The notes beneath the pieces are model-generated. The model saw nothing but the letters and a program-made list of their open reading frames with translations. It was not told the DNA's origin and did no database searches. From Candidatus Acidiferrales bacterium (GTDB lineage: Bacteria > Acidobacteriota > Terriglobia > Acidiferrales > UBA7541), in the NCBI GenBank assembly GCA_963759275.1, contig CAVWYZ010000014.1, positions 865,201 to 929,200 of the forward strand: 64,000 bases of DNA, read 5' to 3'. Positions 1 through 9,113 of the stretch are shown here, one piece after another. Made by a program: the position numbers and the translations under genes. Within the stretch, counting starts at the first letter, position 1; each line of letters starts with the position of its first letter.

Positions 1-2
1 TC

Positions 3-3000
3 AGCACGGCTGGGCCGACCACAGGATTGGCAACTGGAATTGGCGGCGGAGGACCGATCACGGTCTCCGCAACTTTCGGTTCCATCGTCAGCAGCACAAC
101 GGGCGGCGACGGAAATTTGACGGTTGTAGGAATCACGTCGTTGGTGCTCACGCCAGCCGCACCCACGGCTTATCTGGGGGACGCGAATCCTTTGAATCCT
201 GTGGGTACGCAAAACAATACCGTGGCATTCACGGCTACGGTCAACTATAGCGACGGCACTTCGACAAACGTGACGACGGCTGCCAACTGGAGCTCCGGCA
301 CTCCGGCGGTAGCAACGATCAGCAACACGGTGGGAACGCAGGGCCAAGCGACAATATTAATAGCGGGGACGAGCACGATCACTGCGACGTATGCGGGGGC
401 TTCGGGAAGCACCCTGTTGACAGTGTCGCCAGCGTTGCTAGAGTCGATCGCGCTGACCCCGACGAGCGTGTCGTTAAGCCTGATGGGCACGCAGCAATTC
501 ACAGCGACGGGCACGTTCAGTGACGGCACAAGTCAGGACGTTACCGCGCAAGTATCCTGGCTATCGGCGGACCCGTCGGTTGGAATCGCCCCGGGCGGGC
601 TGGCAACGGCACTCGGCTACAACGCGGGTGCGGCGATAACCGCGAGCGAGATTAACGCGGCAGGGACCACGATTATTTCTCCGTCAGCGACGGTGCTGGT
701 GCCAGCACCTACGCTGGTGATGATCACAGTCACACCTCCTTCGATATCCTTAGCTGCGGGATTCACGCAGCAGTTTGCCGCGACAGGAACGTATTCCGAC
801 GCGAGCGTGAAGGATGTGACTGCTCTAGTTACTTGGGGATCGAGCGATACGACGCTCGCAAGCATAACCAGCGGCGGCCTGGCTTCCGCGCTGAAGGTGG
901 GGATGGTTACGATATCGGCGACCTCCGGCAGTGTGGTAGGTTCCACGACGTTCACGGTGACAGCGCCGATCCTGCAGTCTGTTGCTGTTTGTCTTGGACC
1001 CTATCCCTCCTCGACCTGTGGCAGCAGTACGGTTTCGGTCGGCGTTACGTTGGGTCTGAATGCCACACAGCAATTTTCCGCGCTGGGGATTTACAGCGAC
1101 AGCAGTACGCAGGACCTTACCGCGACTGCAACATGGCAAGCGCACGATCCGATCGAAGTGAACATCAACAGCGCCGGGTTGGCGACGGTGATCGGAACGG
1201 ATAACGGTGCGCACGCGATTACCGCGAGTTACGGGACGATTGGGCCGTATCTCAACTCGAACACGGGATGGGTAACGGCGTCTTCGACACTGCCGATCTC
1301 GTGCCCGTCGCCGACCATCGATATGAGGATATTGGTGGTGAACAACACGGCGCAGGGTTATGCGGATTATCCGGCGATCCAACAGATTTTGAATTATGTG
1401 GGGACGCCATACGACGTGGTCGATGTTTCGAGTGCGGCCCCCACATTGTCCGATGGTGGCTGCCACGGTTATTACCAGGGTGTGATCTTTGCCTACGGCG
1501 GTGACTACTACAACATAGGCTCGTGGCAGGCGGCGTTGATTTCGTATGAGCAGACTTTTGGAGTGCGGCAGCTGAACTGGTATTCCGCGCCGGATCCCAA
1601 CTTTGGATTGGGTTACACCGGAACGCAACTAAACACGACCCCTCCACCGACCGGAACCGGAGCGTACACGGCGCCGTTCACGCTGGCAGCCGCGCCCGTT
1701 TTCTTTTATGCAAATACGACCACGCCGCTATCGATCACATATGCGGCGGTCGATTTGGCGACAGCCGCGCCCGCGGCGGGAGGTGCGTTAACCCCGCTAT
1801 TGCAAGATACCCAAGGCAATATTGTCTCTGCGATTTACACCCTCAACGGACAACAGTTCCTCACGCAGACGTTCGATAGCAACGCGTCTCTGACACACGA
1901 TCTGATCGTGGCGTACGGTTTGCTGAATTGGGTGACCAAGGGCGTGTTCTTGGGTGACTACCACGTGTACGCCACACAGTCGATCGACGACTTTTTCATC
2001 GACGATTCAGAATGGATACCGGGCACCGCGTGTCTTGCAAACCCATTGACGTTGGACCGCACAGCTCCGGACGCATCGAATCTGCCGGTGTTCCGGGTGA
2101 ACTCCGCCGACATGGCGCAGTTGGCGAAATGGCAGACAAACAAACAAGCAGATCCTCTCCTGGCGCAGTTTGAATTGACGATAGCGATGAACGGAGTAGG
2201 GACCACAGGGAACGGCGACTGGAGCGGTCTGATAGCGCCGATCATCTCTTCGTCCGCAGGCAGCGGAGCGGCGACCTTCACGGCACAAGACTTCGCGGCA
2301 TTAGCGGGCCAGACGGTTACCGTAACAAATACAACAAACGGTGGCGGGGTGCTCAACGGGACTTGGACGATCACTGCGGTGACCTCCAGCTCGGCGACCA
2401 CTCCCGGCACAACTACGTTTGTGGTAAGCATGCCGGGTGCACCAACTCTTATTACAACGGCGGAGAGAGGAGTAGCCGACAACCCGGGGAGCGCGACCGC
2501 GAGCATTGCTGACGATCTGACCGCGAATCTGCAAAGTTATCAACAGTCCTTTCATTGGATGAGTCACACCTATGATCATCCATCCACTTTGAACGGCCTG
2601 TGCCAGAGCACGCCCACCGGTACGGGTTGCGGTGATACGGATAATCCGGCGGTCGACGACATCGACCTGGAGATTCTGACGAACCGCTATGTGGCCTCGG
2701 ACCCGAGCGCCACGGCGGCGTGGATGCTAGACAGCGATCCAAGTGACGCGGTGAAGCAGCTCACGTTCAACGATTTCAACGCAGCCAACATCGTGACGCC
2801 GGGGGTAACCGGACTGAATGACCCGAATGTGCCCGCGTACCTATATAACGATGGGATTCGCTATGCGGTGAGCGATACATCGGTGGCAACGACGATCACT
2901 CCTCCGAACAACAACGGACCGAATCCTTCGCCGAATGTGGGGATCGTCAACAGCTACGCGCCCGGAATTTACGAGATTCCGCGGAAACCCAATGACATCT

Positions 3001-3659
3001 TCTATAACGTGGCGAATTGGGCCGACGATCAGGCCGAATTTGACTGCATTTATTCGTATTATGTACCGCCAGGATCACCGGTGGGCACCGTACCGGTGCC
3101 AGATCCACCGTTCAATACTTACAATGCCGCGCAAGTGCTGGACTTCACGAGCTCGGCGTTCCTGACCAACATGCTGATGGGCGACATGGATCCGGAAATG
3201 TTCCACCAGCCGGATCTGCACTTCTCGGACAATTATGTGGCGTTGAACAACGCGGCGCCGAGCGGCACCATTCCGGCGAGCGTGTCCAATTTTGTGGGCA
3301 CCAGCGGGACGCACGTGTCGTCGCTGCTATCGGACACCTACGATCTGACGTTCAGCAAGTACGAAGCGGTGTACAAGCTGCCAGTGCTGACGCCAACGCA
3401 GGATCAGTTGGGCGTGCTGATGCAGAATCGCAACTCGTTCAACTTATCAAATGTAACCGCGAGCATAGTCGGGGCCAACACCTCAAGCGCGACAATTACA
3501 ATTACGATGCCGACATCGGCAACAGTTCCGACGGCGATCATCCCAATTACTGGACTTGCTCTGCCACCCTTGACCCCTGGCTCAGAAATATATGGTGGGC
3601 AGAACATCGCGCACATCACCCTGACGCCGGGGCAGACCATCACGTTTTCCCTGAAATGA
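3..3659 (+). CDS. Large secreted protein, 5'-partial: several Big_2 Ig-like domains followed by an Agd3/CE18-like polysaccharide deacetylase module
   Basis: The frame is open to the window edge. Ig repeats of type SIALTPTSVSL..TQQFTATGTFSDGTSQDVT..V.W.S. C-terminal half has Agd3-like motifs: YEQTFGVRQL..Y..P, TQSIDDFFI (DD), MSHTYDH (HxxxH), EIPRKPNDIFYN, MFHQ. Confidence 0.8.
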   Translation, partial: STAGPTTGLATGIGGGGPITVSATFGSIVSSTTGGDGNLTVVGITSLVLTPAAPTAYLGDANPLNPVGTQNNTVAFTATVNYSDGTSTNVTTAANWSSGTPAVATISNTVGTQGQATILIAGTSTITATYAGASGSTLLTVSPALLESIALTPTSVSLSLMGTQQFTATGTFSDGTSQDVTAQVSWLSADPSVGIAPGGLATALGYNAGAAITASEINAAGTTIISPSATVLVPAPTLVMITVTPPSISLAAGFTQQFAATGTYSDASVKDVTALVTWGSSDTTLASITSGGLASALKVGMVTISATSGSVVGSTTFTVTAPILQSVAVCLGPYPSSTCGSSTVSVGVTLGLNATQQFSALGIYSDSSTQDLTATATWQAHDPIEVNINSAGLATVIGTDNGAHAITASYGTIGPYLNSNTGWVTASSTLPISCPSPTIDMRILVVNNTAQGYADYPAIQQILNYVGTPYDVVDVSSAAPTLSDGGCHGYYQGVIFAYGGDYYNIGSWQAALISYEQTFGVRQLNWYSAPDPNFGLGYTGTQLNTTPPPTGTGAYTAPFTLAAAPVFFYANTTTPLSITYAAVDLATAAPAAGGALTPLLQDTQGNIVSAIYTLNGQQFLTQTFDSNASLTHDLIVAYGLLNWVTKGVFLGDYHVYATQSIDDFFIDDSEWIPGTACLANPLTLDRTAPDASNLPVFRVNSADMAQLAKWQTNKQADPLLAQFELTIAMNGVGTTGNGDWSGLIAPIISSSAGSGAATFTAQDFAALAGQTVTVTNTTNGGGVLNGTWTITAVTSSSATTPGTTTFVVSMPGAPTLITTAERGVADNPGSATASIADDLTANLQSYQQSFHWMSHTYDHPSTLNGLCQSTPTGTGCGDTDNPAVDDIDLEILTNRYVASDPSATAAWMLDSDPSDAVKQLTFNDFNAANIVTPGVTGLNDPNVPAYLYNDGIRYAVSDTSVATTITPPNNNGPNPSPNVGIVNSYAPGIYEIPRKPNDIFYNVANWADDQAEFDCIYSYYVPPGSPVGTVPVPDPPFNTYNAAQVLDFTSSAFLTNMLMGDMDPEMFHQPDLHFSDNYVALNNAAPSGTIPASVSNFVGTSGTHVSSLLSDTYDLTFSKYEAVYKLPVLTPTQDQLGVLMQNRNSFNLSNVTASIVGANTSSATITITMPTSATVPTAIIPITGLALPPLTPGSEIYGGQNIAHITLTPGQTITFSLK

Positions 3660-3746
3660 CAGATTTTGGGGCCGGGTTTGAGTTTTTGACAAATACCCGG
3701 GGTGCAGTCGTTCGACCTAAGTAAAGGACAGAGACGGAGGAACAGT

Positions 3747-4910
3747 GTGAGCCAGATTTTCGAAGCACTGACCATCGCGCATGATCGAGCTGTTGAGAAG
3801 CTCGTGGACCGGCAAGTCGATGCCGATGAAACGATCACCGTTGCACCGGAGCGTTTCGTTTTCACCCATCAGAAGATCAGAAATGGTTTGATCGTCGCCT
3901 TTTTTGTCGTGGGGTTGACCCTGCTGGCAACCAACTATGCTTTTAAAGGGAACGCTCTGGTTGCCAAAAGCCAGCCGATTTATGGAGTGGCGTTTGAAAG
4001 CACGGTGCATCCGGCAAGCGAATTCGGGATCACCGCGGACCTGAGCGGCACGGTGTCGAGCATTTCGGTAAAGGTGGGGGACAAGGTGCAACAGGGTCAG
4101 TCACTCTTGCACATGGATGGACGCGAAGCGGAACTAGCGCTAAAACAGGCCGGGGGAGAGCTGCGTGCGGCCGAAGCAAACCTGGAGGAATTTAATGCAC
4201 ATGCGGATGCGGACGCGCGTGTGGCGGAATCGCAAAGACGAGAACAACGCATTCCTTCACGGCAATTTCGAGATTCGCCGGAACGGGCAAAGGCCGCGTA
4301 TGACCTCGCACTGAGCAACTACAACCGTGCCAAGGCGTTAAACGATGCGGGAGTGATGTCAAAACAGGAGCTAGACGGGAAAGAGACGGAACTGCGCATC
4401 GCGCAAGATGATTTAGAGAATGCCAAGAAGCTCGCGGCGGCTTCCTCTACGCTAGAACAGGAGCAGGCGACCCAAGTTGATTCGCAGGCCGCCGTTGCCC
4501 GCGAACGATTGGAGCAGCAATTGAATCAGGCGCGGTTGACGTACGAGCGCGCCAAGGAACAAGCGGAAGCAAGAATGGTGCGGACCACGCAAGCAGGGGT
4601 AGTGTCTGAAATTCCGGTGCATCTTGGCGATCGCGTGACGGCGGGAACGATCTTAGTGCGCCTTGCAGAACTCGATCACATGATCGCAGAGGTCCCAGTT
4701 GCCGCACGGATGATTGCGGAACTAAAGGTCGGCCAGCCGGCACAAGTGATACTGCCGTCGTCGCCGCCGCAGCAGGTGGAGGGGAAGGTCAGACTTATTA
4801 ATCCACTGCCATCGGCGAACATGACGCATATCGTCGAAGTCGAATTCGACAATCCAACTCTCCTGCTGCTGGCGGGACAGAGCGCAGAGGTCCGGTTCTC
4901 CAAGCGATGA
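3747..4910 (+). CDS. HlyD-family membrane-fusion/periplasmic adaptor protein with an ExeB-like N-terminal helix
   Basis: GGAGG precedes GTG at 3747. One TM helix, biotinyl-lipoyl-like halves (SGTVSSISVKVGDKVQQGQSLL; AGVVSEIPVHLGDRVTAGTIL), long coiled coil and beta-barrel end. N-terminus reads MSQIFEALTIAHDR. Confidence 0.8.
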   Translation: MSQIFEALTIAHDRAVEKLVDRQVDADETITVAPERFVFTHQKIRNGLIVAFFVVGLTLLATNYAFKGNALVAKSQPIYGVAFESTVHPASEFGITADLSGTVSSISVKVGDKVQQGQSLLHMDGREAELALKQAGGELRAAEANLEEFNAHADADARVAESQRREQRIPSRQFRDSPERAKAAYDLALSNYNRAKALNDAGVMSKQELDGKETELRIAQDDLENAKKLAAASSTLEQEQATQVDSQAAVARERLEQQLNQARLTYERAKEQAEARMVRTTQAGVVSEIPVHLGDRVTAGTILVRLAELDHMIAEVPVAARMIAELKVGQPAQVILPSSPPQQVEGKVRLINPLPSANMTHIVEVEFDNPTLLLLAGQSAEVRFSKR

Positions 4911-6415
4911 CTGCAAAAAGACGGATATCTGTACTGTTAACGACAGAAGGCACCTATCCCTTCTACACCGGAGGTGTGAGCAAGTGGTGCGATCGACTGA
5001 CCCAGGGTTTGCCGGACGTGGATTTTGACGTGCTCGCCGTCGTCACGAACCCGTATCCGGAGGCCAAGTACGAACTCGCGGATAACGTGCGGACGGTGAC
5101 TAAAGTTCCGCAATGGGGCCTACTGCAGCCTGCAGAATTCTCGCGCCACCAACCGACATCACTGGTTCTGCGCAACATGTGGGACACAACAAGACAAGTG
5201 ATCGAGGATCGCTTCCGGCCGATCTTTGAGCGATTCCTTTCCCTGGTGTTTTCGTCGTCCTGCGACAAAGAGGAACTGGGCGAAGCGCTACTTGATCTGC
5301 AACGTTATTTTCAACACTACGATTATGCGCGCACGATGAACTCGCTGGACGCGTGGGACGTGCTTCAGCATGCGGTGCATGCCTCATGGGAATGCCGCCC
5401 GGCGGCCGCAGAGGATCCGACTTTGGCCGAGGTGAAAGAAGCGTACCGGTTGCTGTATCACCTTCTGATGGTCCTGCACTTTCCGATCCCGGAGGCGGAT
5501 ATTACACATTCTTCGTCCGCCGGCTTCTGTGGGCTGCCTTGCATCTTGGCGAAGCTGGTACACGGTACGCCTTACCTGCTGACCGAGCACGGGGTTTATT
5601 TGCGGGAACAGTATCTGAATCTGCGTCGTCAACTGAAATCGGTCTTCGTACGATGGTTCCTGTGCCGGTTGGTTGAAAACGTGGTCGAGCTGAACTATTT
5701 CTTTGCCGACCAAATTTCCCCGGTATGCGCTTTCAATTCCCGCTGGGAAGAACATTTAGGCGTACCGCGAGACAGAATCAAGGTGGTGTTTAACGGCGTC
5801 GATCCCGAGCGATTCCAGCCTAGCGAACGGGAGCACAATGACAGGCCGTTAGTTTCCACCGTAGGGCTTATTTACCCACTGAAAGGCCAACTCGATTTGA
5901 TTCACGCGGCGGCCATCGTCAAGGAGAGCTACCGGGACCTGGAAATACGCTTTTATGGCGCGTCCAACGACCCCGTCTATTACGGGGAGTGCGAGCGCAG
6001 GGTCGCCGAACTGCACCTGGAAAACAATGTCACTTTCGCGGGAACCACAAAGGAGCCCTGGAAGGCCTACAGCAACGCGGATGTTGTGGCGATTCCGAGT
6101 ATCTCCGAGGGGTTTCCATTCGCGGCGTTGGAGGCCATGTTGTGCGGGTCAGCAATTGTGGCGACGGACGTGGGCGGCGTAGCAGAGGCCATCGGCGATT
6201 GCGGACTGCTGGTCCCCGCGAAGACGCCGCAAGCGATGGCCGAGGCGATCACCTTTTTGCTGAGTGACCCAGCGACGCGCGAACGACTGGGCCGGAATGC
6301 GCGTGCGAGAGCTTTGGCACACTTTACAGAGCAACAATTTCTAGATTCCTACGAAAACACCTACCAGCAGTTGCGAGACTACCGTCCGCAGGGACTTACC
6401 AGGCGTCGCGCGTAA
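4907..6415 (+). CDS. pelF: PelF-type GT4 glycosyltransferase (DUF3492 + Glycos_transf_1)
   Basis: N-terminal VLLTTEGTYPFYTGGVSKWC, LLTEHGVYLRE, and the GT4 signature SISEGFPFAALEAM. ATGA overlap with the upstream gene. Confidence 0.85.
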   Translation: MTAKRRISVLLTTEGTYPFYTGGVSKWCDRLTQGLPDVDFDVLAVVTNPYPEAKYELADNVRTVTKVPQWGLLQPAEFSRHQPTSLVLRNMWDTTRQVIEDRFRPIFERFLSLVFSSSCDKEELGEALLDLQRYFQHYDYARTMNSLDAWDVLQHAVHASWECRPAAAEDPTLAEVKEAYRLLYHLLMVLHFPIPEADITHSSSAGFCGLPCILAKLVHGTPYLLTEHGVYLREQYLNLRRQLKSVFVRWFLCRLVENVVELNYFFADQISPVCAFNSRWEEHLGVPRDRIKVVFNGVDPERFQPSEREHNDRPLVSTVGLIYPLKGQLDLIHAAAIVKESYRDLEIRFYGASNDPVYYGECERRVAELHLENNVTFAGTTKEPWKAYSNADVVAIPSISEGFPFAALEAMLCGSAIVATDVGGVAEAIGDCGLLVPAKTPQAMAEAITFLLSDPATRERLGRNARARALAHFTEQQFLDSYENTYQQLRDYRPQGLTRRRA

Positions 6416-6429
6416 ATCGGAGAACGAAT

Positions 6430-7566
6430 GTGCGGTCTGTTTGGATCGTGTTGGCTATGATGACCATCGCAGCGACTAACCTGTCGTTCGGGCAAAACGC
6501 GCAGGCAGGGAACGCGGTATCGGTCCGGCTGGCGATTTACTATGGCTATCCAAGCCTGGTCAACGAGGCCCGTGGAGATGTGGCGAAGGCCGCGAGCGTG
6601 TTCAGTGCTTATGATGTGGTGGTGCTGGGAGACGGGTTGGAGTTTGCAGACGTGAAGCAGGGCCGTTATCCGGAAGGCGATCCCGGAGAACATCTGAAAT
6701 CGATGCAGATTATTGCTGCCGTACAGAAGCGCAGCCCTACTACCCGCTTTTACGGATATATATGCCTCGGAGAAATTCCGTGGCCGAAAGGTCAACAAAC
6801 AGTACTCTCTCTTCAACTGCTTCAAGAGCGGATAGAGCTTTGGAAACAGATGGGCGTGTCCGGGATTTTTCTAGATGAGGCAGGTTACGACTATGCGGCG
6901 GTGACCCGGGAGCGACAGAACTTCGCGGTGCGGACGATCCACGAATTGGGACTGAGCGCGTTCATGAATGCTTATTTTATCGACCACTTGTTTAGTCCTG
7001 ACGACAATTTACCCCACTCAGCGGGAACGGGGAAGAATCCAAAACATCTCGCCGCCCTATTAGATAGGCGCGATCTTTTCCTGCTTGAGTCGTTCCAAGT
7101 GAAGAGCGGCGCATACGAAAGCATCGATGCGGCGCAGTCGCGGATAGACCGCGCGCTCGGTTATAGGCGTCAATTCGGGTCTAAGGTTTTCGCGACAACG
7201 ACGACTACAGTCCAAGAACCATTTAACGGCGAAAAATTCAACTATGCCTGGTGGACCGCACGATTGTACGGCCTGGACGGATTCAGTTGGGGAGAGCCTG
7301 AGTTTTCGGCGCTGAACAACTTACTCCCCGATCGTCGGTGCGCCACGACCACAGTGCCGCCGTTCGAGCCTCGGTCCGCCGTTCAGTCCGACGGCGAACA
7401 TCTCTGGAGGAAAGCAGGGCCTTACCTGGTAGTCGTCGACACGGAGAAGCACACGGTTCGCCGGATCCTGCAGGTTGATCGCGTCGTCGAAGCAAAATCG
7501 ATTCCCGCGCTGCTGAGTCCGTCGCCAAAGAACTCTCCATTGACATGTGAGGGAGCCGCGGAATGA
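6430..7566 (+). CDS. Secreted TIM-barrel glycoside hydrolase, PelA-hydrolase/Ega3/Sph3-like (alpha-1,4-galactosaminidase candidate)
   Basis: Signal peptide. Motifs IYYGYP, YDVVVLG, FYGYICLG, GVSGIFLDEAGYD and FLLESF give two candidate catalytic acids. Context is next to pelF. Confidence 0.6.
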   Translation: MRSVWIVLAMMTIAATNLSFGQNAQAGNAVSVRLAIYYGYPSLVNEARGDVAKAASVFSAYDVVVLGDGLEFADVKQGRYPEGDPGEHLKSMQIIAAVQKRSPTTRFYGYICLGEIPWPKGQQTVLSLQLLQERIELWKQMGVSGIFLDEAGYDYAAVTRERQNFAVRTIHELGLSAFMNAYFIDHLFSPDDNLPHSAGTGKNPKHLAALLDRRDLFLLESFQVKSGAYESIDAAQSRIDRALGYRRQFGSKVFATTTTTVQEPFNGEKFNYAWWTARLYGLDGFSWGEPEFSALNNLLPDRRCATTTVPPFEPRSAVQSDGEHLWRKAGPYLVVVDTEKHTVRRILQVDRVVEAKSIPALLSPSPKNSPLTCEGAAE

Positions 7567-9104
7567 GCCTGAATCCAAGCGAGATCGAAGAACAACTGCG
7601 CAACGACGGGAATAGTAAAGCGCGATTTCTTAGTCACGGCGAGGTCGCGGCCTTGCTCGAATCGCTCGGTTACAACGATCGTTTGTCCAAGCATCTCGGC
7701 TACTCGAACATCTTCACGTTCGCAGAACATCTCTTTTTAAATCTTCAACGGGATCCGGCGGTAGCAAACCGGCCGGCACAAATATCCGGCGAGCGGTCAC
7801 TCTTAACGGAGTTGCAGTACGCGTTGCGCAAGTTCTCGCTCAGCCTTGCCTATGTCATTCCCTGGATGGCTCTGCTGGTCATGGAGTATCTGCGGCCGAA
7901 TGCGCTCAACGTCCCTCCGGAATTGGGCGGCGCCTTAAGCCTTGCGTTGATCGGGAGCCTGATCGCGACGGGTGGATTCATTCAGGTAATCTCCCGTGGC
8001 GGCAACTTCTATTTTGGTCTGAAAGAGCCTTCCCTGGCGCGACACACGTGCATGAAATTTTTGAACCTGGGATTGACTACCAGCCTACTGCTGGGGTTGC
8101 TGGGTATGATTGTGGGAGCGTACTTCCACCTTTTCGCTGGGCACTATCTCTTGCTGGCGGCGATAAACTTTGTGGCCCTTAGTGCGCTTTGGATGTACTG
8201 CGCCGTCTTATCGGTGCAAGGCCTTGGTTGGTGTGTGCTGCTGGTGTTCTTACTGAGCGCAATGATATGCGGATGCGCGAAGGTTCTGGCCGGCGCGGGA
8301 AATACTCTGCTGTTAACCCTCTGGCCGGTAACGGCTGCCTTGTGCGCCTTTGCCGCAATGCACATGGGTTTCCGCCGTGCTGAAGCTAAAATGTCTGGCG
8401 CTCGTAATAGTGCGAGACCCCGGTTCGGGGTGCAGTCCATCTCCTTGCTGTCGTTTTTCCTGTACGGCACTTTTTATTTCAGCTTTTTATTCGCAGACCG
8501 ACTCGCGGCCGGCAGCGCTGTGCCTTGGGTTTCCGGCCTGAGTTTTGGGATCGACCCGGCTTATAAGAAAGGGATGGACCTGGTTCTGCTGGCCTTCCTG
8601 ATCACCGCGGCAGTGGTGGAGTATCTCAGCGACTCATTCTTGCGATTCTGGCGGGGATTAGCAGCAGAGTTGGAGCAGTCTCGCAATGAAGAATTGGTCC
8701 TAAAACTACGGAAGCGGCACTGGAAAATGATCGGAATCATCCTGTTGATGTTTGTGGTTGTTGCCACGGGTGCGTGGTTCGCATTTTCCCGCGCGAGCGG
8801 AGCGCTACTTTCACCCCGGTTGTTGGAAACGGCGGCGATTGGGGGACTTGGTTATCTAATGTTGAGTATTGCGCTGCTGGAAATCGTTATCTTGTCGAGC
8901 ATCAATTCCACTTCTTTGGCAATGGTCGCCACTGCATTAGGACTTGCCGTGAATCTGGTCACAGGCTACGGGCTGAGTCACTTTGGAGGAGTGCAGTATG
9001 CCGCTGGTGGATTACTTGCCGGGGCGGCAGTGCTGTTATGGACCTGTAACGCGGCGGTAAGGCAAGTACTGCGCCGACCGGATTATCACTATTCCATTTC
9101 CTGA
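7563..9104 (+). CDS. PelG-like multi-pass exporter/flippase
   Basis: About 12 hydrophobic segments after a soluble N-terminal region, FYFSFLFADR motif, position in a pelF operon, ATGA overlap. Confidence 0.55.
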   Translation: MSLNPSEIEEQLRNDGNSKARFLSHGEVAALLESLGYNDRLSKHLGYSNIFTFAEHLFLNLQRDPAVANRPAQISGERSLLTELQYALRKFSLSLAYVIPWMALLVMEYLRPNALNVPPELGGALSLALIGSLIATGGFIQVISRGGNFYFGLKEPSLARHTCMKFLNLGLTTSLLLGLLGMIVGAYFHLFAGHYLLLAAINFVALSALWMYCAVLSVQGLGWCVLLVFLLSAMICGCAKVLAGAGNTLLLTLWPVTAALCAFAAMHMGFRRAEAKMSGARNSARPRFGVQSISLLSFFLYGTFYFSFLFADRLAAGSAVPWVSGLSFGIDPAYKKGMDLVLLAFLITAAVVEYLSDSFLRFWRGLAAELEQSRNEELVLKLRKRHWKMIGIILLMFVVVATGAWFAFSRASGALLSPRLLETAAIGGLGYLMLSIALLEIVILSSINSTSLAMVATALGLAVNLVTGYGLSHFGGVQYAAGGLLAGAAVLLWTCNAAVRQVLRRPDYHYSIS

Positions 9105-9113
9105 GCTCTCCCA

